Assembly: GCF_006345805.1 (NCBI RefSeq)
Contig: NC_043002.1
Coordinates: 4,712,001 to 4,776,000 of the forward strand
Length of the DNA: 64,000 bases
Source of the DNA: Octopus sinensis
Lineage: Eukaryota
Direction: 5' to 3'
The notes beneath the pieces are model-generated. The model searched no databases. It was not told where the DNA came from and saw only the letters and a program-made list of their open reading frames with translations. Position numbers and translations under genes: made by a program. How positions within the stretch are numbered: position 1 is the stretch's first letter; each line of letters begins with the position of its first letter. This document shows, in pieces, positions 25,994 through 41,141 of this stretch.

Positions 25994-28900
25994 GTAACAA
26001 AACTTAAAGAAACATAGGAAGCAGAATGCGCCCCCCACGGCACAAACAAGAAATCCCAAATATGCCGCTATTCACTGCGCCAGAGACTCTGCACAAATAG
26101 TGACTGCATCTTCACGCATCTACCCGGCACTAGACGCACTACCGCCAAGGCCAAAGCACGCATCCCACAATAACATCAACACCACCAATAGTAAATCGAA
26201 ATTCAAAAACACACACAACTCGGAGTCCCAAAATCTGCCGGTATTCCCAACGTGAGAGAACATGTCTACTGAGTGACTGTCCCTTCACTCATCTTCCAGG
26301 GACCCGACGCACAAACAGAAACGGGCCCCAAGCCAACACACAAACCTGAATAACAAAACAATAAAAATAGAACACACCATGCTGCAGTAATGCTGGTCCA
26401 GTCTTTTCAGGAAGAACAAAAACAACAACAACAAAAGTGGAAACTACAACCTATCCAACAGTGCAACCACACCTCCAGCCAAAAACTGCTCCCTAAGCAG
26501 GAAAATTCTTTTTTAGCCATGTTGAACATGGCAAAAGAGATACACAAAACATTCTAGCCATCACTCAACCCATCCTATGCTATTACCCCAGTGCACCAAT
26601 TCCCCACATTGCTGCCACTAACACACACAAAAAATCCAGCCCCCTGCAACAGTCAAAACCAGCCACTACACTAACCTCCACATTCCTACTCAATGCACAA
26701 GGTGTCAGCCCTTCCATCAATGCACAAAAATGGAAGGTCCAATTCATTGAAGACTGGGTTGGTAACCATTCACCACCACATCCCTTTCTTCATTCTCACT
26801 GAGACCCACCTTGACAACTCCCACTTGGAAGCCGAAGTGAGAGTGAAGAATTTCACACCATCCGCGCGGATCGTATCGGCAGGAGGAAGTGGTGGAACTG
26901 CCATTTTCCTGCATGATTCATTTACGGCAGATGGAAATAGTATATTCCAACGGCTACTGTGAATCAGTCACCGTGCACAACAAAGCCAATGACCTGACAG
27001 TAATTGGGCTCTATAGGCCGCCCCAAACACCATACTGTGTGCTTTAAAGAATGCCTCAACAGCATTAAGTGCTTTATTCAACAGTGCCATTCTAGCAACA
27101 TACTCATGATGGGAGACTTCAATCTACCCTGTGTTGACTGGATTACAAACTGTTTGAAACCAAGCACTCCCGCCTCAACCGCTGACAAAGAAGCAGCAGA
27201 GTCACTTTTCGACTTACGAATGAGTTTTTTCTTGTCCCAACTTGTCCTTGCACCAACAAGACATCAGAACATTTTGGACCTAGTGTTTAGTAACCACACT
27301 AACACTATACATAACGTTACAGTGGAAAAACCCTTCTTTCAGACCATGACATGGTTCTCTGTAACATGAAATTCCACCAGCCGAAAGCTAATCCTAGTGA
27401 CCTCCTCCAGCCCACCCATTTGACAACATGGATCTCCATAAAGCCAACTGGGATGCAATCAGGAACGAGCTATCAAATGTTGACTGGTCCTTTACACATA
27501 CACACATCTCACCAACCATAAAACATCTTGGCAGATCTTTGTAGACACCGTCACAGACATATGTGCAAAACACTCCCCACCAAGACCTGTGAACAAAAAG
27601 TGCAGAATCCCCCAAAAAGAAAAACCATTATCAGAAAAATAAAAAGAACAAACAAAAAAATTAACAAACTAAAGTACTGCCAACAGCAACACACACATTC
27701 GACGGCTATCGCACTGCTTGAATCCAAAAAAATAAACCTCCAACAATGCATGAAGACCCTCATCAATAACCAAAGATCAGCTGAGGGAAGTGGGCCATTG
27801 AAAAAATCAAACTCAACCCCAAAGTGTTCTTTTCATTTGCGAGGAAACGCAGGGTCACTGTCTCCACTGTAGGCCCTCTAATTGACGACGAAACTGGCAC
27901 TCTCCAAGATAATGCCAAATCCATGGCCGAGATACTGCAGAAACAATACTGCTCTGTTTTCAGCAATCCTGATATGGCCGATCTGGGCTGTATCAGTGAT
28001 GTCAACCCCAACACACTATATCGGACATAACGTTTAGTGCCCCTGATGTCTTAGCGGCGATAAACGAAATAAAACACAATTCAGCAGTAGGCCCCGATAG
28101 ATTCCCTGCTTGTGTCCTGAAGGTGTGTCGACACCAACTTGCATCTCCCCTTGCTAATCTGTGGAGAAACTCACTGGATGCTGGCTATATTCCAAAAAAC
28201 CTTCTGTCCCAGTCTGTTGTCCCAGTTTTCAAAAAGGGAAACAAGTCCCTTGCAGTGAATTACCGCCCGATCTCACTCACCTCTCATATCATCAAGGTAT
28301 TTGAGAGGGTGGTGAGATCTCGAATAACCCAATTTCTGGAAAGCAACAGACGGCTGATCTCCAACCAAACATGGGTTCCGTAATGGAAGGGACTGCCTAA
28401 CGCAGCTCCTGCATCACTTTGAGGACATTTTGAGAGCTTGGGGAGAGGGCTCCACACCGATGTCATCTACCTTGATTTCAGTAAGGCCTTCGACAGGGTC
28501 GATCACAAGATCCTATTGAAAAAACTATCCAACATTGGTGTCTCTGGAAAGTTACTGAAATGGATTGAGTGTTTCCTGACAGACAGATCTCAACATGTTG
28601 TAGTTGAAGGGTAAAATCAAGCCCAGCCAAAGTCAGTAGTGGCGTTCCGCAAGGCACTGTGCTGGGCCCACTTCTTTTCATCATTTACATTAATGACATA
28701 ATGACATCATCAAGCACAGCAACATAAAAATCTTTGCAGATGACTCCAAGCTACAGAAGGTCATAAATGAGGCGAGTGACCGGACATGCCTTCAGTCAGA
28801 TCTACTGGCTGTTATCCAATGGGCAGAAAAAAAACAATATGCTGCTGAACGAGGATAAATTTGAGCTAATCCACTTTGGAAAAGAGGATGCCCTGAAACT

Positions 28901-29704
28901 CCCATACTCCCTTCTTCAGGTGAAACTCTCGCGGCGTCCAAACAACATCAGAGACTTGGGAGTAATTGTGGACAACAACGTAAGCTGGGCCACTCATATA
29001 AACACCAAAGTTGACATGGCCCGCAGAATGTGTTCTGGATTCTCAGAACTTTCCAGTCGAGAGATATCCACACCATTATCCTTCTCTTCTCCACTTTGCC
29101 CGACCCCACCTTGAATACTGTTGTCCACTGTGGTCTCCCCACACAATACAAGGTATCATAAAAGTTGAAGCACCTCAAAGGGCAATCACAAAAAAGATAG
29201 ATGGCATGACAGGCCTCGACTATTGGGTCGGCTAGAAAAGCTAAAACTCTATTCTCTCCAACGTCGTCGTGAGCGCTACATCATCTGCATGATGTGGAAA
29301 ATATTCCATCAGCATTGCCCAAATGATGTTGGCATCACCTTAAGGTACATCCAAGGCTTGGGCCCCGTGCCATCCGCCCAAAACAAAAATCGCACTCTCA
29401 TCTCATAACAACAATACGGCACAATTATTTCACCTCAATTGGCCCGCTCTCTTTAACATTACACCAAAACACATTAAAACAGAAACTGACCCTATAGGGT
29501 TCAAGAAGTCTTTGGACAGATTCCTTCAAGAAATCCCGGATAAACCCCCTACACCTGGATATGTCTCTGTAAAAATAACTCTCTACTTGAGTGGCCATAG
29601 TGCCCAAATTCTGACTTGAAAGACTTCACCAGGTGGTGCTATTAAGTTAGACATGGCCTGGGCCAATAATGGCCGAAACCTATCAAAGTATCAAAGTATC
29701 AAAG

Positions 29705-29706
<2 letters not shown>
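25994..29706 (+). mobile_element. CR1/L2-type LINE, copy 2 (related subfamily), 5'-truncated within ORF1
   Basis: CCCH fingers at 26063-26119 and 26236-26292; APE (ILTETHL, MGDFNLP); RT (YRPISLTSH, LDFSKAFD, FADDSKL); tail (TATCAAAG)3 at 29681-29704; (TA)n flanks. Confidence 0.95.
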
Positions 29707-29755
<49 letters not shown>

Positions 29756-29935
29756 CATATATATATACATATATATATACATATATACACACACAACATT
29801 ATAATATAAATAATATAACTTAGAATAACTTAGAAAGGTTTTGGCTGTATGGCCCAGGCCATGTCTAACTTAATAGCACCACCTGGCGAAGTCTTTAAGT
29901 TCAGGATTTGGGCAACAAGGCCCATTATATATGTC

Positions 29936-30054
<119 letters not shown>

Positions 30055-30104
30055 TATATACATATATATATACATATATACACACAAAATTATAATATAA
30101 ATAA

Positions 30105-32500
30105 TATAACTTAGAATAACTTAGAAAGGTTTTGGCCTGTATTGGCCCAGGCCATGTCTAACTTAATAGCACCACCTGGCGAAGTCTTTAAGTTCAGGAT
30201 TTGGGCAACAAGGCCCATTCAAGCAGAGAGTTATTGTTTGCGGAGACATATCCGGGTGTGGGTGGTTTGTCCGGTACTGTTTGAAGGAATTTGCCCAAAG
30301 ACTTCTTGAATTTTGTGTGGTCAGTTTCTTTTTTGACGTGTCCTGGTGTAATGTTGAAGAGAGCGGGTCCAATTGTGAGGTGAAATAGTTGTGCCATATT
30401 GTCGTTATGTGATGCGATTTAGATTTTTGTTGTGGACGGATGGCACGTGGTCCAAGCCTTGGATGTATTTTGAAGGTGATGCCAACATCATTCGGACAGT
30501 GCTGATGGAATATTTTCCACATCATACAGATAATGTAGCGTTCACGGCGTCGTTGGAGTGAATACAATTTCAGCTTCTCTAGTCTACCCGTAGTCAGGGT
30601 CTGACATGCCATCTATCTTTTTGTGATGACCTTTGGGGAGCTTCAATTCTCATAATATTTTGTTTTGTGTAGGGAGACCACAGTGGACAGCAGTATTCAA
30701 GGTGGGGTCGGGCAAAAGTGGAGAAGAGAAGGATAATAGCGTGGGAATCTCTCGACTGGAAGGTCTGAGAATCCAGGAACACATTCTGCGGGCCATGTCA
30801 ATTTGCTGCTTATATGTGTAGCCCAGCTTATGTTGTTGTCCACTGTACTCCCAAGTCTCTGATGTTGTTGGATGCCATGAGAATTTCTCAGAAGGAAGAG
30901 AGTATGGTAGTTTCAGAGCGTCCTCCCTTCCAAAGTGGATCAGTTCGAATTTGTCTTCATTTAGCAACATGTTATTCTTTTCCGCCCATTGGACAACAGC
31001 CAGTAGGTCTGACTGAAGGTTTATTCGGTCATCCACGCCATTGATGACCTTCTGGAGCTTGGAATCATCAGCGAAGGTTCTGATGTTACTGTGTTGATGT
31101 GTCAGTAATATCATTTATGTAGATGATGAAGAGAAGTGGGCCCCACACAGTGTCTTGGTGACACCACTGCTGACTTTGGCTGGGGTGGATTTGATCCTTC
31201 GACTACAACATATTGGGTTCTGTTAGACAGGAAGCACTACTTGATCCACTGCAGCAGCTTTCCAGGACACCAATTGGACAGCTTTCTCAGAAGGATCTAT
31301 GATCAACCCTGTCAAAGGCCTTGCTGAAATCAAGGTAGATGACATCAGTGGTGGAATCTTCTCCCAAGGCTCTCAAAATGTCATCAAAATGATGCAGTAG
31401 CTGCGTCAGGCCATCTCTCCCATTACGGAATCCATGCTGGTTGGGGTCAGCATATTATAACTCTCAAGGAAGTGAGTCATACGCGATCTCAGCACTCTCT
31501 CAAATACCTTATGATTAGGTGAGAGGAGTGAGATTGGACGGTAATTCACGGCACAGCGATTTGTTTCCTTTTGAAAACTGGGACAACAGACTGGGATAGA
31601 AGGTCTTCTGGTTATATCCAGCATCCAGTGAGTTCCGCCACAGATTGGCTAGAGGGGGTGCAAGTTGGTTTTGACACATCTTCAAGACACAAGCAGGGAA
31701 CCTATCGGGACCTACTGCTGAATTATGCTTCATTTCCTTTATTGCTGCTAAGACATCAGGAGCGCCAAATGTTATGTCCGATAAAGTGTATTGGGGAGTA
31801 GTAAACATCACTGATAGAGCCCAGATCAGTCATATCAGGGTTGCTGAAAACAGAGCAATATTATTTCTGCAATATCTCTCCATGTTTTGGCATGTCTTGA
31901 AGAGTACCATTTTCATCAATCAGAGGGCCAACAGTAGAACCAGTGACTCTCGTGTTTTTTTGCAAATGAAAAGAACACTTTGGATTGAGTTTGATCTTCT
32001 CAATGGTCCCGGCCTCTTCAGCTCTTCGCTGACTATTGATGATAGACATCAAGTTGTTTTGGGTTATTTTTTTAATCTCTAGCGACGAGATGGCAGTCAG
32101 GTTGGTGTGTTGCTGTGACAGTATTTCAGCATGTTGATCTTTTTGTTGATTCAATTCTTTAATTTTCCTTATGAGAGATTTTCTATTCTAGGGATTCGAC
32201 ACTTAGATTTGTTTGCAGATCTTAATGGGGTGTGTCTTGCACATATGTTCGTGATGGTGTCTACAAGTGACTGCCAGGACTTTTTGATGTTAGTGGGTGT
32301 GTATGTGTGCGTGAAGGACCAATCGACTTGTGCAAGATCATTATTGATCGCTTCCCAGTTTGCATTGTGGAAATCCATAGTGTCAAATGGATGAACAGGA
32401 GGGATGACATTGTTTTGCATTTTGGCCAGTGAAATCTCAGATCACAGAGAACCATGTCATGGTCGGAGAGTAGGGTTTTCTCCACTGCAATATTGTGGAT
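30105..32500 (-). mobile_element. CR1/L2-type LINE, copy 3, 5'-truncated, same subfamily as copy 1
   Basis: Reverse complement follows copy 1 from late APE (VEKTLLSDHD) through RT to the same 3' end. Confidence 0.95.
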
Positions 32501-32515
32501 GTATCAATATTGTGG

Positions 32516-32573
<58 letters not shown>

Positions 32574-33126
32574 TATATATATGGGTGCATATAACTTAGA
32601 ATAACTAGAATATATGCATACGTATATATGCATATATATATCTACTTATATATTACATACATATATTTATTACATATAATATTTATTATAATACATATAT
32701 ACATATGTATATGTACATACTTACATCTATACGTATATATATATATATAATATAATATATATATATAATATATATATATATATATAATTTTAAAATAGGA
32801 TAAAATCTTTATAAGAATTTATCAAGTAGTTAGCGTGAAAAACCTCACAAGAGAAAAATTAGACCAGAAAAATGCACTAATTACGAATCATGTGATTTGC
32901 AGCTGAATTCTGTTTTTAAAAGACTTGGTTCGAAAGTTGCATTCCCTCGCTTTCGGTACAATGTGTTTATATATTTTGGTAGTTTTGACTTTAAGAGTCC
33001 CTCCTACCATGTGGCATTTATGTATAGTAAGGCCCTCTATATAATATAATATAATATAATATAATATAATATAATATAATATAATATAATATATTATATA
33101 TACATATATATATATATATATATCTA

Positions 33127-33158
<32 letters not shown>

Positions 33159-33184
33159 ATATATAGATATATGTATATATATAT

Positions 33185-33216
<32 letters not shown>

Positions 33217-33229
33217 GCATATGTGGGCA

Positions 33230-33597
33230 CAGGCCGTCGCGAAACGTGTACAATAAAATACGAAGCACGAGTACATGGAATATGAACTATTCTTTCGAAC
33301 AACGAAAAACACAAATGGAACACAAGACAAACAACATAAAGAACAACCCTTCATCAGTTGTTGGCTGTTTTTCTAGTCTCGTATTTCGAGGTTGTTTTGT
33401 TTTCCATATATATAGAGTTTACGAAAAAAAAAAGACGAAGACAGGTGGTGTACAAAGCAAACAAATGTATTAGTATAACGCTCAGGAATAGAAAAAGTCT
33501 TTTACGTTTCGAGCCTACGCTCTTCTACAGAAAGGAACACAGAAAAAACAAGGAGAGAAAAAATGTGTGTAGTGGCTAACGATCTATCATGGCGACT
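33230..33597 (-). mobile_element. (TA)n-flanked Penelope-LTR-like fragment with hammerhead-like motif
   Basis: Minus strand CTTT-CTGTAGA-A-GAGC-GTAG-GCTC-GAAAC-GTA-AAAG at ~33497-33534; second CTGATGAAGG at ~33349-33358. The Penelope assignment is inference. Confidence 0.55.
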
Positions 33598-34182
33598 GAT
33601 GATATATATATATATAAATTAGAAAAAACACCTTTTATCAATTCAAAATGAAAAATTAAATTACACCATCTAGAAAATTACATATAATAGAAATATTAAA
33701 TATTATATATATATTATATTTTGTGAAATTTGATTTAGTATTTCTAAATTGAATTTTTCCCTGTAAGTTTGAAATAATATTCTCTCAATTTATTATTATA
33801 TATATTATGTATATTAATATATGATTGAACGCCACGCATCCTCTTCCAAGTAAGTTTTATCTTAATAATCCTGATGCGCACTCTATACGATCTTTTACTC
33901 TTTCATTTTTCTCTCTGTCTCTCTCTCTCTTATTCTTTTACCTCATCTTCTCCCACTATTCTATACTATTTTTCGTTCACACTGTCTCTCACTCCTCCTC
34001 TTTGCTCATGTGGCTCCCATGTGACCATCGGCCGTCTTTCTTTCTTATCCTAACTTGTGTTTTTTCCTTTCCGTTGTAGCTGGAATAAGGAAGACGTGTT
34101 CTTGTTTGTCTCCTGTCCAAGCTTGATTTACGCATTCGCCACCACAACCTCGTTTAGGCTTAGCAGGCCTTTCTGTTTGTTT

Positions 34183-34282
34183 NNNNNNNNNNNNNNNNNN
34201 NNNNNNNNNNNNNNNNNNNNNNNNNNNNNNNNNNNNNNNNNNNNNNNNNNNNNNNNNNNNNNNNNNNNNNNNNNNNNNNNNN
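34183..34282. other. Assembly gap (100 N)
   Basis: Run of N. Confidence 1.
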
Positions 34283-34549
34283 ACGACACAACATAATTTG
34301 TGTAAATCCTGGTATTTATTCATTAGGAGTGCTCTACGCCTAATTAAAATTTAGTTGTGCTATATTTAAGTGGATTAAAGGAAATCAGAGAACGAAGATC
34401 CAATGTACCCATATTAAAATATGCATATATTTTACCGGACGATAAACCTCTGGGACATCTAGACATTTCTGCAATTTTTCCAGTGTTCTTACCAAATTTT
34501 ATCCACATGGTTTCTCATAATGCGTTGGAAACTTAAATTATATGTATAT

Positions 34550-34849
34550 GTCATACATACCTACTTAAATACATACATACAACATACATACATACATACA
34601 TACATACATACATAATACCATACACACACACATACATACAACATACATAACACACACACTACATACATACATACAATACATACATACATACATACATACA
34701 TACATACATAACATTCACCACACACATACATACATACATACAGACATACACACACACATACATACATACATACATACATACATACAACATACATACATAC
34801 ACACACACATACATACATACATACATACATACATACATACATACATACA

Positions 34850-34880
<31 letters not shown>
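34550..34880. repeat. (TACA)n microsatellite, degenerate
   Basis: Directly visible. Confidence 0.95.
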
Positions 34881-35049
34881 TGAGAGAGTGGAACGGTATC
34901 TAACTTAACTTCCGATGCCAATAAATTGTTGTTCTATGTTACCGTACACTGTCCACTTTTTGCTTTCTATTCTTTCCACGGATTTCTTGAAGCTTACAAA
35001 GACCTACGCTTGAATCCCTGTATTGTACCCTTATATATCTGTTTATTTA

Positions 35050-35283
35050 TTACCCACAAGGGGCTAAACATAGAGGGGGCAGACAAGGACAGACAAGCGG
35101 ATTAAGTCAATTACATCGACCCCAGTGCGTAACTGGTACTTAATTTATCGACTCCGAAAGGATGAAAGGTAAAGTCGACCTCGGCGGAATTTGAACCCAG
35201 AACGTAACGGCAGACGAAATATGGCTACGCATTTCGCCCGACGTGCTAACGTTTCTGCCAGCTCGCCGCCTTATATATCGATT

Positions 35284-35292
<9 letters not shown>
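35050..35292 (-). mobile_element. SINE family A, full-length
   Basis: Near-identical to 2213-2445. Confidence 0.9.
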
Positions 35293-35323
<31 letters not shown>

Positions 35324-35720
35324 ACAGATCTGTATATGTGTGCATATGTATGTGAATGTTTATGTATTCAGTGATTTAATGAGAAGAAATATGAGGAGAG
35401 GAATTGGGGAATTTTGTGTTCGTAACATCTCCCTTTATATCGCATAACTTTGCTGTTTGACAAATAGAAAATTGATAAAATAAGGACTAGACTGGAATAA
35501 ATTCTTGGACTGATATGATCAACCAATATTCGCCAAGATCCTTAAAGACTATGTCCCACTGTCCAGCGAAAGACGCCAATAAACGACTAAATTATCTACA
35601 TTATCTAACGTATCCTTTTTTCCTAAGCACGGCAATATGAAAGTTGCTTTTGGAAGATTTGGCTGTCTTTTTAGTGTGTCATCCAACTCCGTAGAAGCAC
35701 CTTAGCTGTCTCTGTACATT

Positions 35721-35779
<59 letters not shown>

Positions 35780-35889
35780 TTATTGATCTACTATTGTTTA
35801 CTCAACTCTTAGCTGAACTCTTAAACCTATCATTGAAGACATTCCAACTGTGACCATTGATTTCTTTTTTCTTTCCCAGTGTGTACTTC

Positions 35890-37365
35890 TGTTTGTAAGA
35901 CAGTAATTTGATTAGTTCCTCAATGGAAGTTAACAACCGTCCTTGTCCTTTAGCTTTTCAGGAGCACCACCTTGAATTTTTAGTCGAATGGATCGATTCC
36001 TCAGCGAGATGGAAGGAACATTTCCAAGAAACACTTAACCGCCCTCCACCTCAAGAGCCGCCAGTATTGGGGCCAGGGATCCCACTCAATATCCACATTG
36101 GAGAAATCACCAAGCCAGAAATCCGCAAAGCCATGAAGAGCTTAAAGAACGGAAAGGCGACAGGAGTGGACAGGTTTTCAAAAAGAGAGATCATGCACGG
36201 AAAATATTGTGACACTCAGAGTCATCGGGGAGCAGACAATGGAATGGCAAACGTCACTGTGTGTGCTTCATCAGCTTCGAAAAAGCATTTGACAGCGTAG
36301 ACAGACAGACAATCTGGGACATCTTACGACACTATGGTGTGCCAGAGAAGAACGTGGGCATTATTCGATTTACTCTACGAGGAGTTTTCTTGCGAGGTCA
36401 TCCATGCTGGGAGATTGTCGGAGGAATTCAGGGTCAGCACAAGAGTCAGATAGGGCTGTTTGTTGTCACCGCTCCTGTTCCTCGTCGTGCTGGACTGGGT
36501 CACCAGGACGGCCTACGCTACCTCCGGGAAAGGTATTCAGTGGACACTGATGAAGAAGCTGATAGATTTGGACTACGCAGATGATCTCGCGCTACTGTCA
36601 CATCGCCTGCAAGACATGCAAGATAAGGTAGACCACCTGACAGAAACTTCACAGCGAGTGGGCTTGAGGATCAGCCGGGAAAACACAAAAGTGCTGCGTA
36701 TCAACAAGCAGGAAGAGCCAATCACAATCGAGGGGGAACCTGTGGAGGACGTTAGTGAGTTTGTCTATCTTGGTAGCAAGATCAGCAAATCAGGTGAATC
36801 AGACGAGGACATCACAGCAAGAAGCAAGAAGGCTTGGCAAGCCTTCGCTATTCTTCGGCCGGTATGGAAGTCCACTGCCATCTCAACTCGAACTAAACTC
36901 CGCTTATTTAGTTCAAACGTAAAACCTGTGCTTTTGTATGACTCTGAAACATGGAGAGTCACCTGCAGCAACTACAAGAAGATCCAGACCTTCATCAATA
37001 AATGTCTCCAGCAGATCCCCCATCTGAAGTGGTTCGACAGAAGTGCCAAACACCGACCTGTGGGAAAGGGCCAACCATGAGCCCATACATGTTCAGATTA
37101 GACGAAGGAAATGGAGATGGATCGGACACACACTGCGGAAAGAATCCTCAAATATGACACAACAAGCACTTGACTGGAACCCGCAGGGGAAAAGGGAGCG
37201 AGGACGCCCGAAGCAGACATAGAAGGGGAGCATTTTGGACGAGCTCAGGACCACCGGCCTGACATGGGAAACAGCCAAGAAACACGCCAATGACCGCAAA
37301 AAGTGGAAAACAACTGTTGAGACCCTATGCTCCACAAGGGGAAAAAGGATTAAGAAGAAGAAGAA
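35890..37365 (+). mobile_element. RTE-clade LINE, 5'-truncated with internal deletion
   Basis: RWKEHFQETLNRP, FEKAFDSVDR, LSPLLFLVVLDW, LDYADDLALLS, FVYLGS; 3' tail (AAG)n at ~37352-37365. Confidence 0.92.
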
Positions 37366-37539
37366 TTTGATTATTTGAGGGAAATTTTGGCTGTTAGTTC
37401 GACGGCACAGAGACTCGATAATTGGCTGTCGTGGCATTGTATACTCTTTGGGTCTAGTTGCTCGACTAAAGGCGGTGCTCCAGCATTGCCGCAGTCAAAT
37501 GACTGAAACAAGTAAAAGAGTAAAAGAGTATACAATGCC

Positions 37540-37705
37540 ACGACAGCCAATTACATATATATGTATATATATGTGTATATATATATATACATATATACAT
37601 ATATATATATACACATATATATACATATATATGTATATATATATACATACAACATACATACATATATATATCTATGCATATATATATATATATATACATA
37701 CATAC

Positions 37706-37764
<59 letters not shown>

Positions 37765-37820
37765 ATATATTATATATACATATATATATATACATATATT
37801 ATATATATATATTATATATA

Positions 37821-37874
<54 letters not shown>

Positions 37875-37965
37875 GTATATATATATATATATATATGCAT
37901 AGAATATAATGTATGTATGTATATATATATATACATATATATGTATATATATGTGTATATATATA
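37540..37965. repeat. (TA)n-rich microsatellite between SINE B fragments
   Basis: Directly visible. Confidence 0.95.
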
Positions 37966-38694
37966 TGATCGGCCCGGAGCTATAGTAGAAGACAATTGCC
38001 CAAGGCGCCACGCAGTGGGACTGAACCCGGAACCATGTGGTTGGGAAGCAAACTTCTTACCACACAGCCACGCCTGTCCATCCTTTTTTAAGACGACAAA
38101 GTATGATTTGAGTGAGATTTGGCTGCTGTTTCTAACTGAACCGAGGGTGCTCCCTCTTTGGCTTGTAGTTAGGTAAAGAAATTAGGCAAGAAGAATTAAG
38201 AAATTGAGCAGCTGAATGGAGTGGATGTGTCTGGGCGGTGGGAGACTGGTGTTGTCTGCGGAATCAAGTGAGGGTGGGGGTTCCTAGACAGGCAAGACGG
38301 GTGGGGAACGGGTGAAATATTACTGAATCAAAAGATGTCATAAAATTATGCCGCCAGATGTTTGGCGTCAAGTGTGTGTGTACACGCATGGTTATCGCTG
38401 AGTGTGTATATGTGCCCGAATGTGAGTGTGTGTGTGTGTGTGTGTGTGGTGTTTACTGGTGTGTGTATAAATGTTTTGTTTATATGTATGTGTGAGGTTG
38501 TAGGAGGCCACGGAGAATGTATGCGTATGCATGTGTGCATGTATGTGTATGTGTGTATGTGTGTATGTGTGTATGTGTGTATGTGTGTATGTGTGTATGT
38601 GTGTATGTGTGTATGTGAGCGTGTTCTGTAAGTGACTTAATCGATGCATAAGCAAATTCGTGGGAATGATGTGTGCATGTTCATGCGTCATCAT

Positions 38695-39502
<808 letters not shown>

Positions 39503-39526
39503 TGTTTATATAGTGTGTGTGCGTAA

Positions 39527-39592
<66 letters not shown>

Positions 39593-39660
39593 TTCAGCAA
39601 AATTTAGATTCAGATGAATATATATATATATATATATAATATAATATATATATATACAAT

Positions 39661-39899
39661 AATATGTTACATTACTCGATAGTCAAGATAAAACTCTGAG
39701 TTCCAGATGCCGAAGTGGAAATCCACAACACCATCTCTTCGGTATCTGGCCATCTGAAAAACGCTATGGAAAAATACCGTTATCTTTTTCATAGCGTTTT
39801 TTCAGATAGCCAGATAACCGAAGAGATGGTGTTGTGGATTTCCACTTCGGCATCTGAAACTCAGAGTTTTATCTTGACTATTGAGTAAATGTACATATT
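39661..39899. repeat. Near-perfect palindrome, ~114-bp arms, 10-nt loop
   Basis: 39661-39774 is the reverse complement of 39785-39899 with few mismatches; each arm carries a hammerhead-like motif. Confidence 0.95.
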
Positions 39900-39982
39900 A
39901 TTTTATAGATAAATTTCCACTATTTACATAATATTGAGGTCTCTTTCTTTCTTTTGTTATCTTACCGTTTTTACCAATATAT

Positions 39983-40034
<52 letters not shown>

Positions 40035-40388
40035 CATAAATGCATACATACACACATATACGTGTGGGTGGTGTATATATATAGCAGAAGCAACAGAGTG
40101 ACTCAATGGCTGAGCGTGTCGTGTGTTAGCACTTTTCAAACTGGTTACAAATTTAGTGTCTGTAAATTTATATAGCGATGATAATGGTATTTCCCTGGAT
40201 AGTTCTGGAACAAATTATAAGCACAATTACAACGTCACGTGGATGATTCTTGTTTTCATATAGTTTAGCCGTTGAGAGCGGTTCAATAAGCAAATACATA
40301 AATACATAAATAAGGAAAATTTGTGCCTACTTAGACACATGTAAATGAGAGTACCCGTAAATACGAATAAGGTGTGTGTGTGTGTGTG

Positions 40389-40474
<86 letters not shown>

Positions 40475-40512
40475 AATATATATATATATATTATATATAT
40501 ATATATATATAG

Positions 40513-40552
<40 letters not shown>

Positions 40553-40562
40553 GTAGATAATA

Positions 40563-40595
<33 letters not shown>

Positions 40596-40895
40596 ATATA
40601 TATATAGTTAATCCAAATATGAAAATACAAAGAGAAAACTCATCAACGCGAGGACGTGGAACAAGTATAGTGTTGTTGGACGCTCAGGAAAGGAAAGAAA
40701 GAAGGAGGATTATATATGTGTGTGTGTGTATGTGTGTATATACATACATATACATATATACAAAGATATACATATATACACATACATATACATATGCACA
40801 CACATATACATATATATACAGGTATACAGATAGACACGTTTTATATTTCCTGGTTGCATCACCAAACCAGTATATATATATATATATATATATAT

Positions 40896-41141
40896 AACTT
40901 ATAAATAAGGGCAAATGAAAAAATTTCTAATGCCAAATATGCCGAAAATTGGACATATAGTCCATAAGCATATAATTTTTCACAATACGCACGCTACTCG
41001 AAAAAAAGCCGACAGAAATGTCTAAAAAATTCCATCATTACCATATGCGTATTGTGAAAAATTATATGGTAATGGACAATATGTCCAATTTTCGGCATAT
41101 TTGGCATTAGAAATTTTTTCGTTTGCCCTTATTTATAAGTT
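40896..41141. repeat. Inverted repeat, ~96-bp arms, 54-nt spacer
   Basis: 40896-40991 is the reverse complement of 41046-41141 with few mismatches. Confidence 0.95.
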
